DNA of 64,000 nt from Escherichia phage vB_EcoM_R5505, in sequence record MK373786.1. The stretch is one strand, 5' to 3'. The notes beneath the pieces were generated by a model. It worked only from the letters and a program-made list of their open reading frames with translations. It was not told the DNA's origin and ran no database searches. Position numbers and translations under genes: made by a program. Shown here in pieces: positions 28,183 to 41,428 of the stretch; positions within the stretch are counted from its first letter, which is position 1; each line of letters starts with the position of its first letter.

Positions 28183-28763
28183 TATTCACCACAGAATTCG
28201 TTGATATTTTCCCAGTTTAACTTATTCAAGTTTTTCTTAGGAACATTAAACACTTCAATACCTGCATTTCGCAGAATATCATCCCAGCCAGGTTTATTTT
28301 TATCGTATGTTTCGCAATAAACCAGCTTTTTAATACCAGATTGAGCTATCGCTTTTGCACAATCTGGACAGGGAGAAAGTGTTACATACATAGTAGCACC
28401 TTCAATAGAAGAACCATTTCGTGCAGCAAACAAAATTGCATTTAGTTCAGCATGAATTTCATTTTTAGATGACCATTCCGAATGAGCGCTGCGGTGTTCT
28501 TTCGCCAAGACAAAACGATCAGTTGAACCAAATGATACACATTCAGGCTTATGACCTTGAATGATAGTATGTTTAGGCTTATTCAGTAACCAGCCTTGCT
28601 CAGCAGCATAATCACAACAGTTCACACCCCCTGCGGGTGAACCATTATACCCAGTAGAAATAATACGTCCATTCTTTTCAATTACTGCTCCTACCTTCCA
28701 GGAGCAACATTTTGATTCCTGTGATACTAAATATGCAATTTGAAGTACTGTACTCGCTTTCAT
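28182..28763 (-). CDS. cd: dCMP deaminase
   Basis: 193-aa ORF; zinc-binding deaminase motifs HAELNAI and PCPDCAKAI. Confidence 0.95.
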   Translation of the reverse strand: MKASTVLQIAYLVSQESKCCSWKVGAVIEKNGRIISTGYNGSPAGGVNCCDYAAEQGWLLNKPKHTIIQGHKPECVSFGSTDRFVLAKEHRSAHSEWSSKNEIHAELNAILFAARNGSSIEGATMYVTLSPCPDCAKAIAQSGIKKLVYCETYDKNKPGWDDILRNAGIEVFNVPKKNLNKLNWENINEFCGE

Positions 28764-29098
28764 TTCATAATCACCAGATAAGCAGATTTAGCAGTTTCAA
28801 CACGATAAATTTCGTGACGAAGTTTAGTTATACTTTTAATAACAGAACTAATTATATTCTGCCCATCTTTAAAGCGGTTTTTCTTATCAATAAAAACTGC
28901 GCCAGTCATCTTTTTGTGAAGCTCAACCGGATACTTCGTCACAATAATAGCATCATACACAGAAGGATGAATACTATTCACCAGAGTATCATTCATTAAA
29001 GTTATTCTAATGAACTGTGCTGTTTCAGAGTCAAGCGCTCTATGATCGCCAGTATCATTTTCAAGACAATTATCAATTATATCAGTTAAATTCATCAT
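28760..29098 (-). CDS. Hypothetical protein (cd.1 position)
   Basis: 112-aa ORF, coupled. Confidence 0.7.
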   Translation of the reverse strand: MMNLTDIIDNCLENDTGDHRALDSETAQFIRITLMNDTLVNSIHPSVYDAIIVTKYPVELHKKMTGAVFIDKKNRFKDGQNIISSVIKSITKLRHEIYRVETAKSAYLVIMK

Positions 29099-29331
29099 AG
29101 TACGCCATACGCCCTTTGTGCTTCAACTAATCCATCAAAATCCAATTTGAGATGTGTTATTTGGTCACCATCACCTGGATTCACAATTACTAATACTGAA
29201 CGAGGAGTTTCGGTAATAACACGAACCGATGTTTCAGGAAATCGTTCAGAAACCTTATTTACCAATTCCTGCGCAAATAGTTTAACTTTTTCTTGGAATT
29301 CTTTAACAGTAATTGGTTTTTCACTTAGCAT
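29095..29331 (-). CDS. Hypothetical protein (cd.2 position)
   Basis: 78-aa ORF. Confidence 0.65.
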   Translation of the reverse strand: MLSEKPITVKEFQEKVKLFAQELVNKVSERFPETSVRVITETPRSVLVIVNPGDGDQITHLKLDFDGLVEAQRAYGVL

Positions 29332-29361
29332 TTTGTTTTCCTCATTTGTTTTGGTAGAGCT

Positions 29362-29391
29362 ATAATATCACAACTCTACCATAAAGTAAAC
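29362..29391 (-). promoter_or_regulatory. Early promoter (GTTTAC-N18-TATTAT)
   Basis: On the minus strand GTTTACtttatggtagagttgtgaTATTAT; plus-strand gtaaac at 29386-29391. Confidence 0.55.
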
Positions 29392-29393
29392 TG

Positions 29394-29675
29394 TTAAATT
29401 GCCTTGAATTCTGATGTCTGTGATTCAAAACGAATATCGCCTTTGATGACTAGCTCAGCATCAAGACCAAATACGACAATGATATGCGCGGAACCCGGAT
29501 ACAGCGTAATTGCAATAGAATCCACCTGGTCTGGAAGCAAAGTGTTCAATACATGAGTCACTTGAGCATGAATTCGAAGCTCGGCTGCGTTATCAAGCTT
29601 TTCAAACATATTATTAGCGATAATTTGACTAAACACTACTTCTACGATTTTAGAATAAGTCGGAAACATATTCAC
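29394..29675 (-). CDS. Hypothetical protein (cd.3 position)
   Basis: 93-aa ORF. Confidence 0.65.
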   Translation of the reverse strand: MNMFPTYSKIVEVVFSQIIANNMFEKLDNAAELRIHAQVTHVLNTLLPDQVDSIAITLYPGSAHIIVVFGLDAELVIKGDIRFESQTSEFKAI

Positions 29676-29872
29676 CTCACATAATTTTCTTCAAGCCAAT
29701 TAATAACATCCAACGCATTATCAAAAGTTGAACCATCTACTATGTCTTCTGTTTCATAATCAAGAATATCTAAGTCTACTCTTCCATCAACAATAGGCCA
29801 TAAACAAAATAGATATTTCTTTTCTTTTTCAATTTTATCACAAAGTCGATAAATCTTTTCTATGTTATTCAT
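29672..29872 (-). CDS. Hypothetical protein (cd.4 position)
   Basis: 66-aa acidic ORF. Confidence 0.6.
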   Translation of the reverse strand: MNNIEKIYRLCDKIEKEKKYLFCLWPIVDGRVDLDILDYETEDIVDGSTFDNALDVINWLEENYVR

Positions 29873-30061
29873 AAGTTTTCCACGGTAAAGGCAGTTTAGT
29901 TTTCTTTACTGTTAGTTCAACATCAGGATTCTTTTCTCTTAATTTAAGGCATTCCTCCCAAGCTCTTATTTCACTAGTGAATACACAAAATTGCCCATTA
30001 CTAGTACCAACTAAACCACTATTTACAATAACAATAGACCAAGTTTCATGATGCCACGCCA

Positions 30062-30062
<1 letters not shown>
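29865..30062 (-). CDS. Hypothetical protein (cd.5 position)
   Basis: 65 aa from the internal ATG, which forms a TAATG overlap with the pseT stop; track ORF extends to 30092. Confidence 0.5.
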
Positions 30063-31274
<1,212 letters not shown>

Positions 31275-31278
<4 letters not shown>

Positions 31279-31505
31279 TTATTTTTCTCAACTAATGATT
31301 GAATATAATCATGCAGATCTTTAGATGCCTTACCCCACTTATTTTGATATTCATTTTTAAGATTAGCACGTGATTGAGCTAATAAAACATCATTAGTTGG
31401 AGGTAAAGATTCTAACCGCTGAATTTGGCGTCCATAAATCATTGCAGCCATCTCGGATTCATAAATCAATCCTTTGAGATGTTCAAATTGATGCCATGAA
31501 ATCAT
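31275..31505 (-). CDS. Hypothetical protein
   Basis: 76-aa ORF. Confidence 0.65.
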
Positions 31506-31801
31506 TTACATTTATCCTCTTTTAACTCTTGACGATAATAACATATCATAGTTTTCTGGTCATGTACATATCGTTTTACATCATTAAGCCAAATACGAAA
31601 TTCCTGAGAATCTTCAAATGGCATACCTACCCAAGCTTTACCATCAATAACTTTAACTTGCCAAGATAGTTTAGCTTCGTCATATGACTTTATTTGCACA
31701 GGCCAATTAGGATGAACTGTTTCTTTCTTTACTTCTAGAGGCTTTGTCGAACAACCAACTAGAAGACCAATAGATAATATTACTGCTGATAGTTTAATCA
31801 T
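31502..31801 (-). CDS. Outer-membrane spanin (o-spanin) lipoprotein
   Basis: 99-aa ORF; signal peptide with lipobox MIKLSAVILSIGLLVGC; 4-nt overlap with the upstream i-spanin-like gene. Confidence 0.7.
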   Translation of the reverse strand: MIKLSAVILSIGLLVGCSTKPLEVKKETVHPNWPVQIKSYDEAKLSWQVKVIDGKAWVGMPFEDSQEFRIWLNDVKRYVHDQKTMICYYRQELKEDKCK

Positions 31802-32151
31802 TTAGAAAGGTCCTGGATGTCTTCTGCGAACTTGTTGAAGGAGTTGTTGATTTGTTTTTCAACCAATCCTGGCTTATGAGCCACCACATCCGCCTTCTTT
31901 GCGTCTTTGCGCAGTTTTTCATTTTCACGCTCAATAGCAGCAATTGCCTCACGATTTTTATTATTCATCGCATCAATATAATTATACTGAATTCGCAAAT
32001 TATTTAATGCTAAGGCGTTTTCATTGGCCGTTTTTGTAATTTCAGTAACCGATGTTTCTAATCTTTCTACCTTATTTTTTAAAATAATAGATGTTCCACC
32101 AAATACTATTACAAGTAATAGCAAACCTGCTGTCGTATTACTTAATTGCAT
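31798..32151 (-). CDS. Inner-membrane spanin (i-spanin)
   Basis: 117-aa ORF; N-terminal transmembrane helix (AGLLLLVIVFGGTSIIL) then charged coiled-coil periplasmic domain. Confidence 0.7.
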   Translation of the reverse strand: MQLSNTTAGLLLLVIVFGGTSIILKNKVERLETSVTEITKTANENALALNNLRIQYNYIDAMNNKNREAIAAIERENEKLRKDAKKADVVAHKPGLVEKQINNSFNKFAEDIQDLSK

Positions 32152-32645
32152 AAAGTTTTAATAACCTCTATAATATCGTCTTGAGAAAGACCGTTAATTA
32201 AAATATGATGTTCCGCCGGAGATTTAGAAATTTTAAAGCATGCCGCAACATCTTCTGCCATATCCGATGCGCTACGATTTGGATTACTAATTCCAAGACG
32301 ATGTTTTCCCGTTAAAGGATTAACGATAATATAGCATTTACAGCTATTGATATGAACATTAGGTTGAGTCTGATTAATGAACACTTCACAATCATACTTA
32401 GCGAGTTGATTTTCTAAAAAGACTTTCATCTCTTCAACCGCATCAGGAAGCATATCACGGGCTTGCTCAAGACGACGATTTCGATATTCTTTAATGGTCG
32501 TTTTCCGCTTGACTTGCTTAGCTAAATCTTTCTTAAGATCGGTGATATATCCAACTCGACGATTTCCTTTAAATACAGAAATCCCATCTGTAGTATCACC
32601 GTATGCTTCAACGACCATTTCAGTAGTAATAAGCTGCAAATCCAT
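32142..32645 (-). CDS. alc: Alc, inhibitor of host transcription on cytosine-containing DNA
   Basis: 167 aa from the second Met (MDLQLITTEMVVEAYGD); early promoter upstream. Confidence 0.88.
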   Translation of the reverse strand: MDLQLITTEMVVEAYGDTTDGISVFKGNRRVGYITDLKKDLAKQVKRKTTIKEYRNRRLEQARDMLPDAVEEMKVFLENQLAKYDCEVFINQTQPNVHINSCKCYIIVNPLTGKHRLGISNPNRSASDMAEDVAACFKISKSPAEHHILINGLSQDDIIEVIKTLCN

Positions 32646-32652
32646 CATAAAG

Positions 32653-32706
32653 TCCTCATGTTATGTCAGTAAGATTACTATAACACAACATGAGGGACTT
32701 GTAAAC
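32653..32706 (-). promoter_or_regulatory. Early promoter, copy 2 of the 53-nt repeat
   Basis: Near-identical to 17327-17379; GTTTAC (plus-strand gtaaac at 32700-32705) and TATAGT. Confidence 0.65.
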
Positions 32707-32709
32707 AGC

Positions 32710-34297
<1,588 letters not shown>

Positions 34298-34305
34298 AAT
34301 AAAAT

Positions 34306-34319
34306 GGGCCTTGCGGCCC
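34306..34319. terminator. Hairpin gggcc-ttgc-ggccc between nrdB and denA
   Basis: GC-rich stem-loop. Confidence 0.6.
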
Positions 34320-34324
34320 ACTCC

Positions 34325-35503
34325 TTAAAAATATTTTTTAAAACTCATCATAACTTTATCATCAACATCATTATCAATCTGTGCAACAAGATAAGATGAC
34401 AGTTCTACTTCTTGTGGCGCGGATTGAACATTATCAGAATTAAGATATTCACGAATCCAAGGATATGGGTGTTTAACCGGAGCATCGGTAATTGGGCATG
34501 GAAGACCACACTGTTTCATACGAGATACAGTTAAGTAATCAATAAAGCTCCACATGCTATTTGTATTTAATCCAGGAACATCGCCATCTTTAAATAAATG
34601 AACTGCCCAATCTTTTTCTTGGCGGTTAACTTCCATGAAAATATCAACTGCTTCTTGTTCACACTCTTGAGCAATTTTAACCCATTCATCGCCATCAGTG
34701 CCAAGTTGAAGTTGACGAATAATATATTGGGTGCCTTTAAGGTGAAGCTGCTCATCACGTGCAATGAACTTCATAATCTTGGCATTACCTTCCATGATTT
34801 CCATGTTCTTATGGAAGTTAAAGGTACACGCGAAAGATACATAAAAACGAATAGCTTCTAAGGCATTAATAACGTGCAAACAGAGGTAAAGAGATTTCAT
34901 TAGCTCACGCTTCCAATATGTCTCATGCTCAATAGCATCTTCAATAACGTCTTCGTCTGCATTAATTTCTTTTTGGTATTCGATATCAGCTTTAGCGTTT
35001 TCCCAATAACGAGTTTTAATCAGAACATCATCATAATAACGTCCAATGGATTCAGCACGTTTCATAATAGCTTCATCTAATACAATTTCATCAAATACCT
35101 TCGATGGATCAGTATAAAGATTTCGCATGATATGTGTATATGAACGGCTGTGAATAGTTTCACTAAAAGTCCATGTAGCAACCCATGTATCAAGGCTTGG
35201 GTCTGAAATTAATGACATAAGTACAGCAGACGGTGCACGACCCTGAATGCTATCCAAAAGTGATTGATACTTCAGGTTATTAGTAAAAATATTTTGCTGA
35301 TACTGAGGAAGCTTATTAAACTGTGCAGCATCCATCATTAAGTTTACTTCTTCAGGACGCCAGAAAAATGATAATTGCTTTTCGGTCAAATCTTCAAAAA
35401 CTTTATGGCGTTGAATATCATAACGCGCAATACCAAGACCTGAACCAAAAAACATAGGTTCTTTTAAAACATCAACTGGATTTGTATTAAAAACTGTGCT
35501 CAT
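34325..35503 (-). CDS. nrdB: Ribonucleotide reductase small subunit, uninterrupted
   Basis: 392-aa continuous ORF with di-iron ligand regions; no intron. Confidence 0.95.
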   Translation of the reverse strand: MSTVFNTNPVDVLKEPMFFGSGLGIARYDIQRHKVFEDLTEKQLSFFWRPEEVNLMMDAAQFNKLPQYQQNIFTNNLKYQSLLDSIQGRAPSAVLMSLISDPSLDTWVATWTFSETIHSRSYTHIMRNLYTDPSKVFDEIVLDEAIMKRAESIGRYYDDVLIKTRYWENAKADIEYQKEINADEDVIEDAIEHETYWKRELMKSLYLCLHVINALEAIRFYVSFACTFNFHKNMEIMEGNAKIMKFIARDEQLHLKGTQYIIRQLQLGTDGDEWVKIAQECEQEAVDIFMEVNRQEKDWAVHLFKDGDVPGLNTNSMWSFIDYLTVSRMKQCGLPCPITDAPVKHPYPWIREYLNSDNVQSAPQEVELSSYLVAQIDNDVDDKVMMSFKKYF

Positions 35504-35554
35504 AAATTTTCCACTTAGTTAATAGATAGTGACTCGTCCATGAGTCAAATTATA

Positions 35555-37819
35555 TCATAATTTACAGGATGAACAATCTTCAGCTTTTGGAGTTTCTATT
35601 TCATAATCATCAGTACCAGAACCATCACGGGTATTATGATAATAGAAATTTTTTCCGCCAAAATACCAGAAATACAAAAGGTCATCAATCATTATTGACA
35701 TTGGAACCTTGCCTTTAGGGAAGATTTGGGGGTCATAGTATGTATTCGCTGAAGCTGATTGACAAACCCATTTCAGCATAATAGCTACCTGCGTAAGATA
35801 AGGTTTATTACCTTTCTTAGCTAATTTCCATGTATAATCATAGAGGTCTATGTTATGCTCAATATTGGGCACGACTTGATTAAAGGAGCCCTCTTTTGAT
35901 TCTTTAACAGAGACTGGTCCACGTGGAGGCTCGATACCGTTTGTACTGTTAGAAACTTGGGAAGATGACTCACATGGCATAAGTGCTGATAATGTGCTAT
36001 TACGGATGCCAAAGAGCTTAAGGTCTTCCCGCAGCGACGACCAGTCACAAACGTATTTTGGAGCTGCGATTTGGTCAATCTTTTTATTGTACCAGTCGAT
36101 AGGTAATTCGCCTCGAGACCAACGAGTGTCTGAATAATATTCGCAAGGTCCTTTTTCTTTGGCGAGCTTAATGGATGCTTTAATGAGTCCATACTGTAAT
36201 CTCTCAAATAGTTCATGTGTTAAATCGTTAGCATCTTCATAAGAAGCAAAGTTACTTGCCAGCCAAGCTGCATAGTTGGTAACACCTACACCGAGGTTAC
36301 GACGCTTTTTAGCTTTTTCTGCTTCAGGAACTGGATATCCTTGATAATCCAAAAGATTATCAAGAGCACGAACTTGAACTTCTGCCAATTCATTAATTTT
36401 ATCTTGGTCTTGCCAGTCAAAATTATCTAGTACGAATGCAGAGAGAGTACACAATCCAATTTCAGCATCAGGACTGTTCACATCATTTGTTGGAATAGCA
36501 ATTTCACAGCACAAGTTACTCTGACGAATAGGTGCCTTTTCACGAATAAACGGAGTATAGTTATTCGTATTATCAATGAACTGCACATAAATCCTTGCTG
36601 TTCCTGAACGTTCAGTCATGAGCAATTCAAATAGTTCACGAGCTTTAATACGCTTTTTGCGAATATTAGGGTCTTTTTCTGCTGCTTCGTATAATTCACG
36701 GAAACGGTCTTGGTCTTTAAAATAAGAATAATAAAGCTCGCCACCCATTTCATGCGGGCTGAACAAAGTAATGTAATCATTCTTTCCGAATCGTTCCATC
36801 ATCAAATCATTCAGCTGAACACCATAATCCATATGACGAATGCGGTTTTCTTCTACGCCTTTGTTATTTTTCAAAACGAGAAGATTTTCAACTTCCAAAT
36901 GCCAAATAGGATAATAAGCAGTAGCAGCGCCGCCACGAATTCCACCCTGTGAACATGATTTAACAGCAGTCTGAAAATGTTTCCAAAAAGGAATAACACC
37001 GGTATGGCGTACTTCACCCATGCCAATCTTAGAACCTTCGGCACGAATCATACCAACGTTAATACCAATTCCAGCGCGTTTAGAGATATATTCAACAATT
37101 GAAGCAGAAGCCTTATTGATAGACTTCAGCGAATCACCTGCCTCAATAACAACACATGAACTAAACTGTCGAGTCGGAGTACGGCAACCAGCCATAATAG
37201 GAGTTGGCAATGAAATCTGTCGAGTAGATACTGCTTCATAAAAACGGATAACATGTTTTAGTCTATCAACAGGTTCATCTTGATGCAATGCCATTCCAAT
37301 AGCCATAAATGCAAACTGCGGAGTTTCATAAATTTGACCAGTGGTTTTATCTTTAACTAGATATTTTTCTTTTAATTGCATCGCCCCGGAATAAGTAAAT
37401 TCCATATCCCGCTCGTGCTTAATTTTTGATTCTAAAAATGTAATTTCTTCTGCTGAATATTTTGACAATAATTCAGGGTCATATTTACCTGCATTTACAC
37501 AATAAGAAATATGGTCAATAAATGAACGTGGTTCATACTGCCCATAAACATGCTTACGAAGAGCAAACATTAAACAGCGTGCAGCTACATATTGATAATC
37601 AGGCTCTTCAACCGAAATAGAATTCGCAGCAGCCTTAATGACAATAGTCTGAATATCATCAGTTGTCATTCCATCACGGAGATAAGATTTAATGTTTTCA
37701 TATAATTCATAAGGATCTACTGATGTTCCTTCAGCTGCCCAAGATAAAACTTTAATAATTTTTTGCGGGTCAAAGCTCTGAGAAACACCACTACTTTTGA
37801 TAACATTAATTAATTGCAT
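35555..37819 (-). CDS. nrdA: Ribonucleotide reductase large subunit
   Basis: 754-aa ORF, class Ia RNR; C-terminal CSSCKL. Confidence 0.97.
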   Translation of the reverse strand: MQLINVIKSSGVSQSFDPQKIIKVLSWAAEGTSVDPYELYENIKSYLRDGMTTDDIQTIVIKAAANSISVEEPDYQYVAARCLMFALRKHVYGQYEPRSFIDHISYCVNAGKYDPELLSKYSAEEITFLESKIKHERDMEFTYSGAMQLKEKYLVKDKTTGQIYETPQFAFMAIGMALHQDEPVDRLKHVIRFYEAVSTRQISLPTPIMAGCRTPTRQFSSCVVIEAGDSLKSINKASASIVEYISKRAGIGINVGMIRAEGSKIGMGEVRHTGVIPFWKHFQTAVKSCSQGGIRGGAATAYYPIWHLEVENLLVLKNNKGVEENRIRHMDYGVQLNDLMMERFGKNDYITLFSPHEMGGELYYSYFKDQDRFRELYEAAEKDPNIRKKRIKARELFELLMTERSGTARIYVQFIDNTNNYTPFIREKAPIRQSNLCCEIAIPTNDVNSPDAEIGLCTLSAFVLDNFDWQDQDKINELAEVQVRALDNLLDYQGYPVPEAEKAKKRRNLGVGVTNYAAWLASNFASYEDANDLTHELFERLQYGLIKASIKLAKEKGPCEYYSDTRWSRGELPIDWYNKKIDQIAAPKYVCDWSSLREDLKLFGIRNSTLSALMPCESSSQVSNSTNGIEPPRGPVSVKESKEGSFNQVVPNIEHNIDLYDYTWKLAKKGNKPYLTQVAIMLKWVCQSASANTYYDPQIFPKGKVPMSIMIDDLLYFWYFGGKNFYYHNTRDGSGTDDYEIETPKAEDCSSCKL

Positions 37820-38136
37820 AAGTCCTCAACTTGAAAATCGTCTTTAAACAATCGGTTAACTATATGAGCTATTATATCACCATGACACGGCTTTGGTTTA
37901 CATGTGCATCCTAGCCTCATTCCACGTAAAGGCTCTAAATGTGCTTTAGTTATTTCTCCGGATTTAATTCGACGTATAAAATCTTTTTTGAATAATTCAA
38001 TGGCAGCCTCCCGGCTGCCAGCATCTTTACCGACGTAATTTCCCCAAAATGTACCGCGGTGAATATTAACATCAAAGTCGGATTTGTATTTATTCACTAC
38101 CCGGCATAGACGGCCCACGCTGGAATAATTCGTCAT
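37810..38136 (-). CDS. Hypothetical protein (nrdA.1 position)
   Basis: 108-aa ORF with [11 protein letters not shown] cysteine cluster. Confidence 0.7.
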   Translation of the reverse strand: MTNYSSVGRLCRVVNKYKSDFDVNIHRGTFWGNYVGKDAGSREAAIELFKKDFIRRIKSGEITKAHLEPLRGMRLGCTCKPKPCHGDIIAHIVNRLFKDDFQVEDLCN

Positions 38137-38353
38137 ATTGTTTTTCCGTTAAAACAGTAATATCGTAGTAACAGTCAGAAGAAGTTTTAACTGTGGAAAT
38201 TTTATTATCAAAATACTCACGAGTCATTTTATGAGTATAATATTTTTTACCATAAATGATAATAGGCTGTTCTGGTCCTGGAACTTCTAACTCGCTTGGG
38301 TTAGGAAGTGTAAAAAGAACAACGCCAGAAGTATCTTTAAATCGTAAAATCAT
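38090..38353 (-). CDS. Hypothetical protein (nrdA.2 position)
   Basis: 87-aa ORF. Confidence 0.65.
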   Translation of the reverse strand: MILRFKDTSGVVLFTLPNPSELEVPGPEQPIIIYGKKYYTHKMTREYFDNKISTVKTSSDCYYDITVLTEKQYDELFQRGPSMPGSE

Positions 38354-39210
38354 ATTGCCATTTTCCCTTTAATTGCTGGATGCGATTCATAATTTTCAAG
38401 GATAAAATCTTTCGGTTTCATGTATTCAGTTAACCAGTAAAGCTGTGTTTCGGTGTCACAATTTCCAAACTCTATAGGCCAATCAATTTTAAGTTCACAC
38501 AGTTCTTTAGGCTCACGACGTAAAATTTCTTTACATTGCTCAGTATGATTCATATAGATGTGAGTATTACCACCAGAAAATATCAAATCTCCTGGGATAA
38601 GATTACACATCTTAGCCACAATATGCGTCAAGGCAGCGTACGAGGCAATGTTGAATGGCAAGCCCAAGAAAACATCTACACTTCTTTGGTACCATTGTAA
38701 ATCAAGATAACCATTACGCACATTAAACTGATAGAACATATGACAGGGCGGTAATGCCATTTGATTGATTTCAGCTGGATTCCATGCTGAAACGATTTGA
38801 CGTCGATCAGTTGGTAATTTTTTAATACGATCAATAGTTTCAACTAATTGATCCACACCACCGAAATCACGCCATTGTTTACCGTATATAGGACCAAGTT
38901 CACCACTATGATATCCTAGGTCTTTAGCCTGGTTTTCATAGTTATCGTCCCAAATAGTTTTACCTTGAATAAGACTACCATGAGTGCGAAGACGTAAATC
39001 ATTAACATTGGTAGAACCGGAAATAAACCATAGAAGCTCAGCAATGCATGCATTCCAGGCGAGCTTCTTAGTTGTTACTGCAGGAAAACCTTTAGTTAAA
39101 TCCCAGCGTAATTTAGTACCGAACAAAGCAATTGTTCCTGTGCCTGTTCGGTCATCGGTTTCATAACCATTTTCAAAAATGTCTTTAATTAAATCTTGGT
39201 ATTGTTTCAT
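38350..39210 (-). CDS. td: Thymidylate synthase, uninterrupted
   Basis: 286-aa continuous ORF; catalytic motif PPCHMFYQF; no intron. Confidence 0.97.
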   Translation of the reverse strand: MKQYQDLIKDIFENGYETDDRTGTGTIALFGTKLRWDLTKGFPAVTTKKLAWNACIAELLWFISGSTNVNDLRLRTHGSLIQGKTIWDDNYENQAKDLGYHSGELGPIYGKQWRDFGGVDQLVETIDRIKKLPTDRRQIVSAWNPAEINQMALPPCHMFYQFNVRNGYLDLQWYQRSVDVFLGLPFNIASYAALTHIVAKMCNLIPGDLIFSGGNTHIYMNHTEQCKEILRREPKELCELKIDWPIEFGNCDTETQLYWLTEYMKPKDFILENYESHPAIKGKMAI

Positions 39211-39254
39211 TTAGTACCTTATATAAATTATAATACATTTTATGAAGCTAATAA

Positions 39255-39602
39255 TTAATACGGTTTAGCATCAAATTTTCTCTCAATTTCAGGCGTGAAA
39301 TATAATTCTTTACCGCGTTTGGAAAAGCGACCAATAATATGATAATTATTCTCATCAAACGTGATATTACCAATATCCATAGCTTTCAACCAAATATCGA
39401 TATTTCTATCCAGCTTTATGTCAAAATTCCAATACGGAGAACTATTACCGAAAATACTGCAAGCGGATTCAGTGAAACAACTGCTATAAATCTTGTCTTT
39501 AGGAACTACTAATTGATAGACACCTTTAATAAACTGAGGACCCTGCCACTTTGGCTGTTTCGCGTCTTTTTCTAATAGAATAGGGTAATAATTAAAATTC
39601 AT
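39255..39602 (-). CDS. Hypothetical accessory protein inserted between frd and td
   Basis: 115 aa from the ATG at 39602 (track start at 39614 is GTG); no recognisable motifs. Confidence 0.6.
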   Translation of the reverse strand: MNFNYYPILLEKDAKQPKWQGPQFIKGVYQLVVPKDKIYSSCFTESACSIFGNSSPYWNFDIKLDRNIDIWLKAMDIGNITFDENNYHIIGRFSKRGKELYFTPEIERKFDAKPY

Positions 39603-39622
39603 ATTTTCCGCCACGCGTTATT

Positions 39623-40443
<821 letters not shown>

Positions 40444-40452
40444 TATATTTCC

Positions 40453-40695
40453 TCAAATAGACTTTTTCACAATTTTCCAATCGGCTTTAAACTGCTCGAC
40501 GTCAGAATGGTAAATCCAGAATCCTGCGCTTTCTCCGTCTTCATAAAGAGGACATCCATCACATTCATCTTCCCACCCCATATCACGTAAAAGGTGTTCA
40601 GCTTTTTCAACAAGCTCAGAATCTTTACCGATGATATTAAAATACCATTTACCTCTAACTTCTGAATCTTTAATGCTCTGACGTTGTAATCTCAT
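40453..40695 (-). CDS. Hypothetical protein
   Basis: 80 aa from internal Met with GAGGAG Shine-Dalgarno; the 5' part of the track ORF is an early promoter. Confidence 0.55.
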   Translation of the reverse strand: MRLQRQSIKDSEVRGKWYFNIIGKDSELVEKAEHLLRDMGWEDECDGCPLYEDGESAGFWIYHSDVEQFKADWKIVKKSI

Positions 40696-40714
40696 TTTAT
40701 TCTCCTCATGTAGT

Positions 40715-40755
40715 TGATAGGGTAATAGTATCACACTACTACCCTGTTGTAAACA
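40715..40755 (-). promoter_or_regulatory. Early promoter (GTTTACA-N17-TACTAT family)
   Basis: On the minus strand GTTTACAacagggtagtagtgtgaTACTAT. Confidence 0.6.
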
Positions 40756-40762
40756 ATTATTT

Positions 40763-41059
40763 TTAAATTTTATCGAGCCACTTACCAAGCTTAATCATTT
40801 CTTTAGTAGCCTTTTCCATACTTCTGAACTTAACCAATAGAGGATAGGTATCGACACCCATAACTAAACTGGTTACAAGACTGTGTTCACCCACAAGCCA
40901 TAACGAATACGTTTGAATATCGAGCCCGTAATTTCTGTCTTTATGGACCCGTACACCCATCACTTCAAATTTCTCACTAGCTTTTTCTACCGCATCCAGG
41001 AAATCATCTTTAGTCATATTAGGCCTTAAAAGTTTTTCGCAAAAGTTCAATGATTTCAT
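40763..41059 (-). CDS. Hypothetical protein
   Basis: 98-aa ORF; alternative start at Met15. Confidence 0.55.
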   Translation of the reverse strand: MKSLNFCEKLLRPNMTKDDFLDAVEKASEKFEVMGVRVHKDRNYGLDIQTYSLWLVGEHSLVTSLVMGVDTYPLLVKFRSMEKATKEMIKLGKWLDKI

Positions 41060-41384
41060 CTACATTGTTTTCGTCAACAATGCAGTGAATTTTTGTTACG
41101 CCATAAACCTCGTCTTTGACTTCATCTTCTTCAGAAGTCGGTTCTTTATACTCACGAAAACAATGAAATTCGTCTTCACAAACGTTAAAGTAAAAATGCT
41201 TTCCATTTGCGCATTCAATGTGTTTTATTACTCTAAATCCATCAACAAAGAAAGCTTCTTTAACTTCAAACCATCCTCCATTTTCTTGAATAATTTTAAC
41301 TATTGATGAATTAGAACGTGGGCGATAATTAATAAATGTATCAATAAGTCTTGGAACAAGTTCATACTTTTTGCCGATATACAT
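41019..41384 (-). CDS. Hypothetical protein
   Basis: 121-aa ORF. Confidence 0.65.
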   Translation of the reverse strand: MYIGKKYELVPRLIDTFINYRPRSNSSIVKIIQENGGWFEVKEAFFVDGFRVIKHIECANGKHFYFNVCEDEFHCFREYKEPTSEEDEVKDEVYGVTKIHCIVDENNVDEIIELLRKTFKA

Positions 41385-41404
41385 TACGTTTTCCTCATTT
41401 TAAC

Positions 41405-41421
41405 GGGGCTGTAATAGCCCC
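41405..41421. terminator. Hairpin ggggct-gtaata-gcccc
   Basis: GC stem-loop between ORFs. Confidence 0.55.
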
Positions 41422-41428
41422 TTGATAA

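Noticed and set aside
35848-36216. 122-aa antisense ORF inside nrdA
   Set aside because: Embedded in a conserved enzyme gene on the opposite strand; no promoter or Shine-Dalgarno.
38350-39210. Group I intron / homing endonuclease in td (and in nrdB)
   Set aside because: Both genes are continuous full-length ORFs; no intervening sequence or GIY-YIG/HNH ORF is present.
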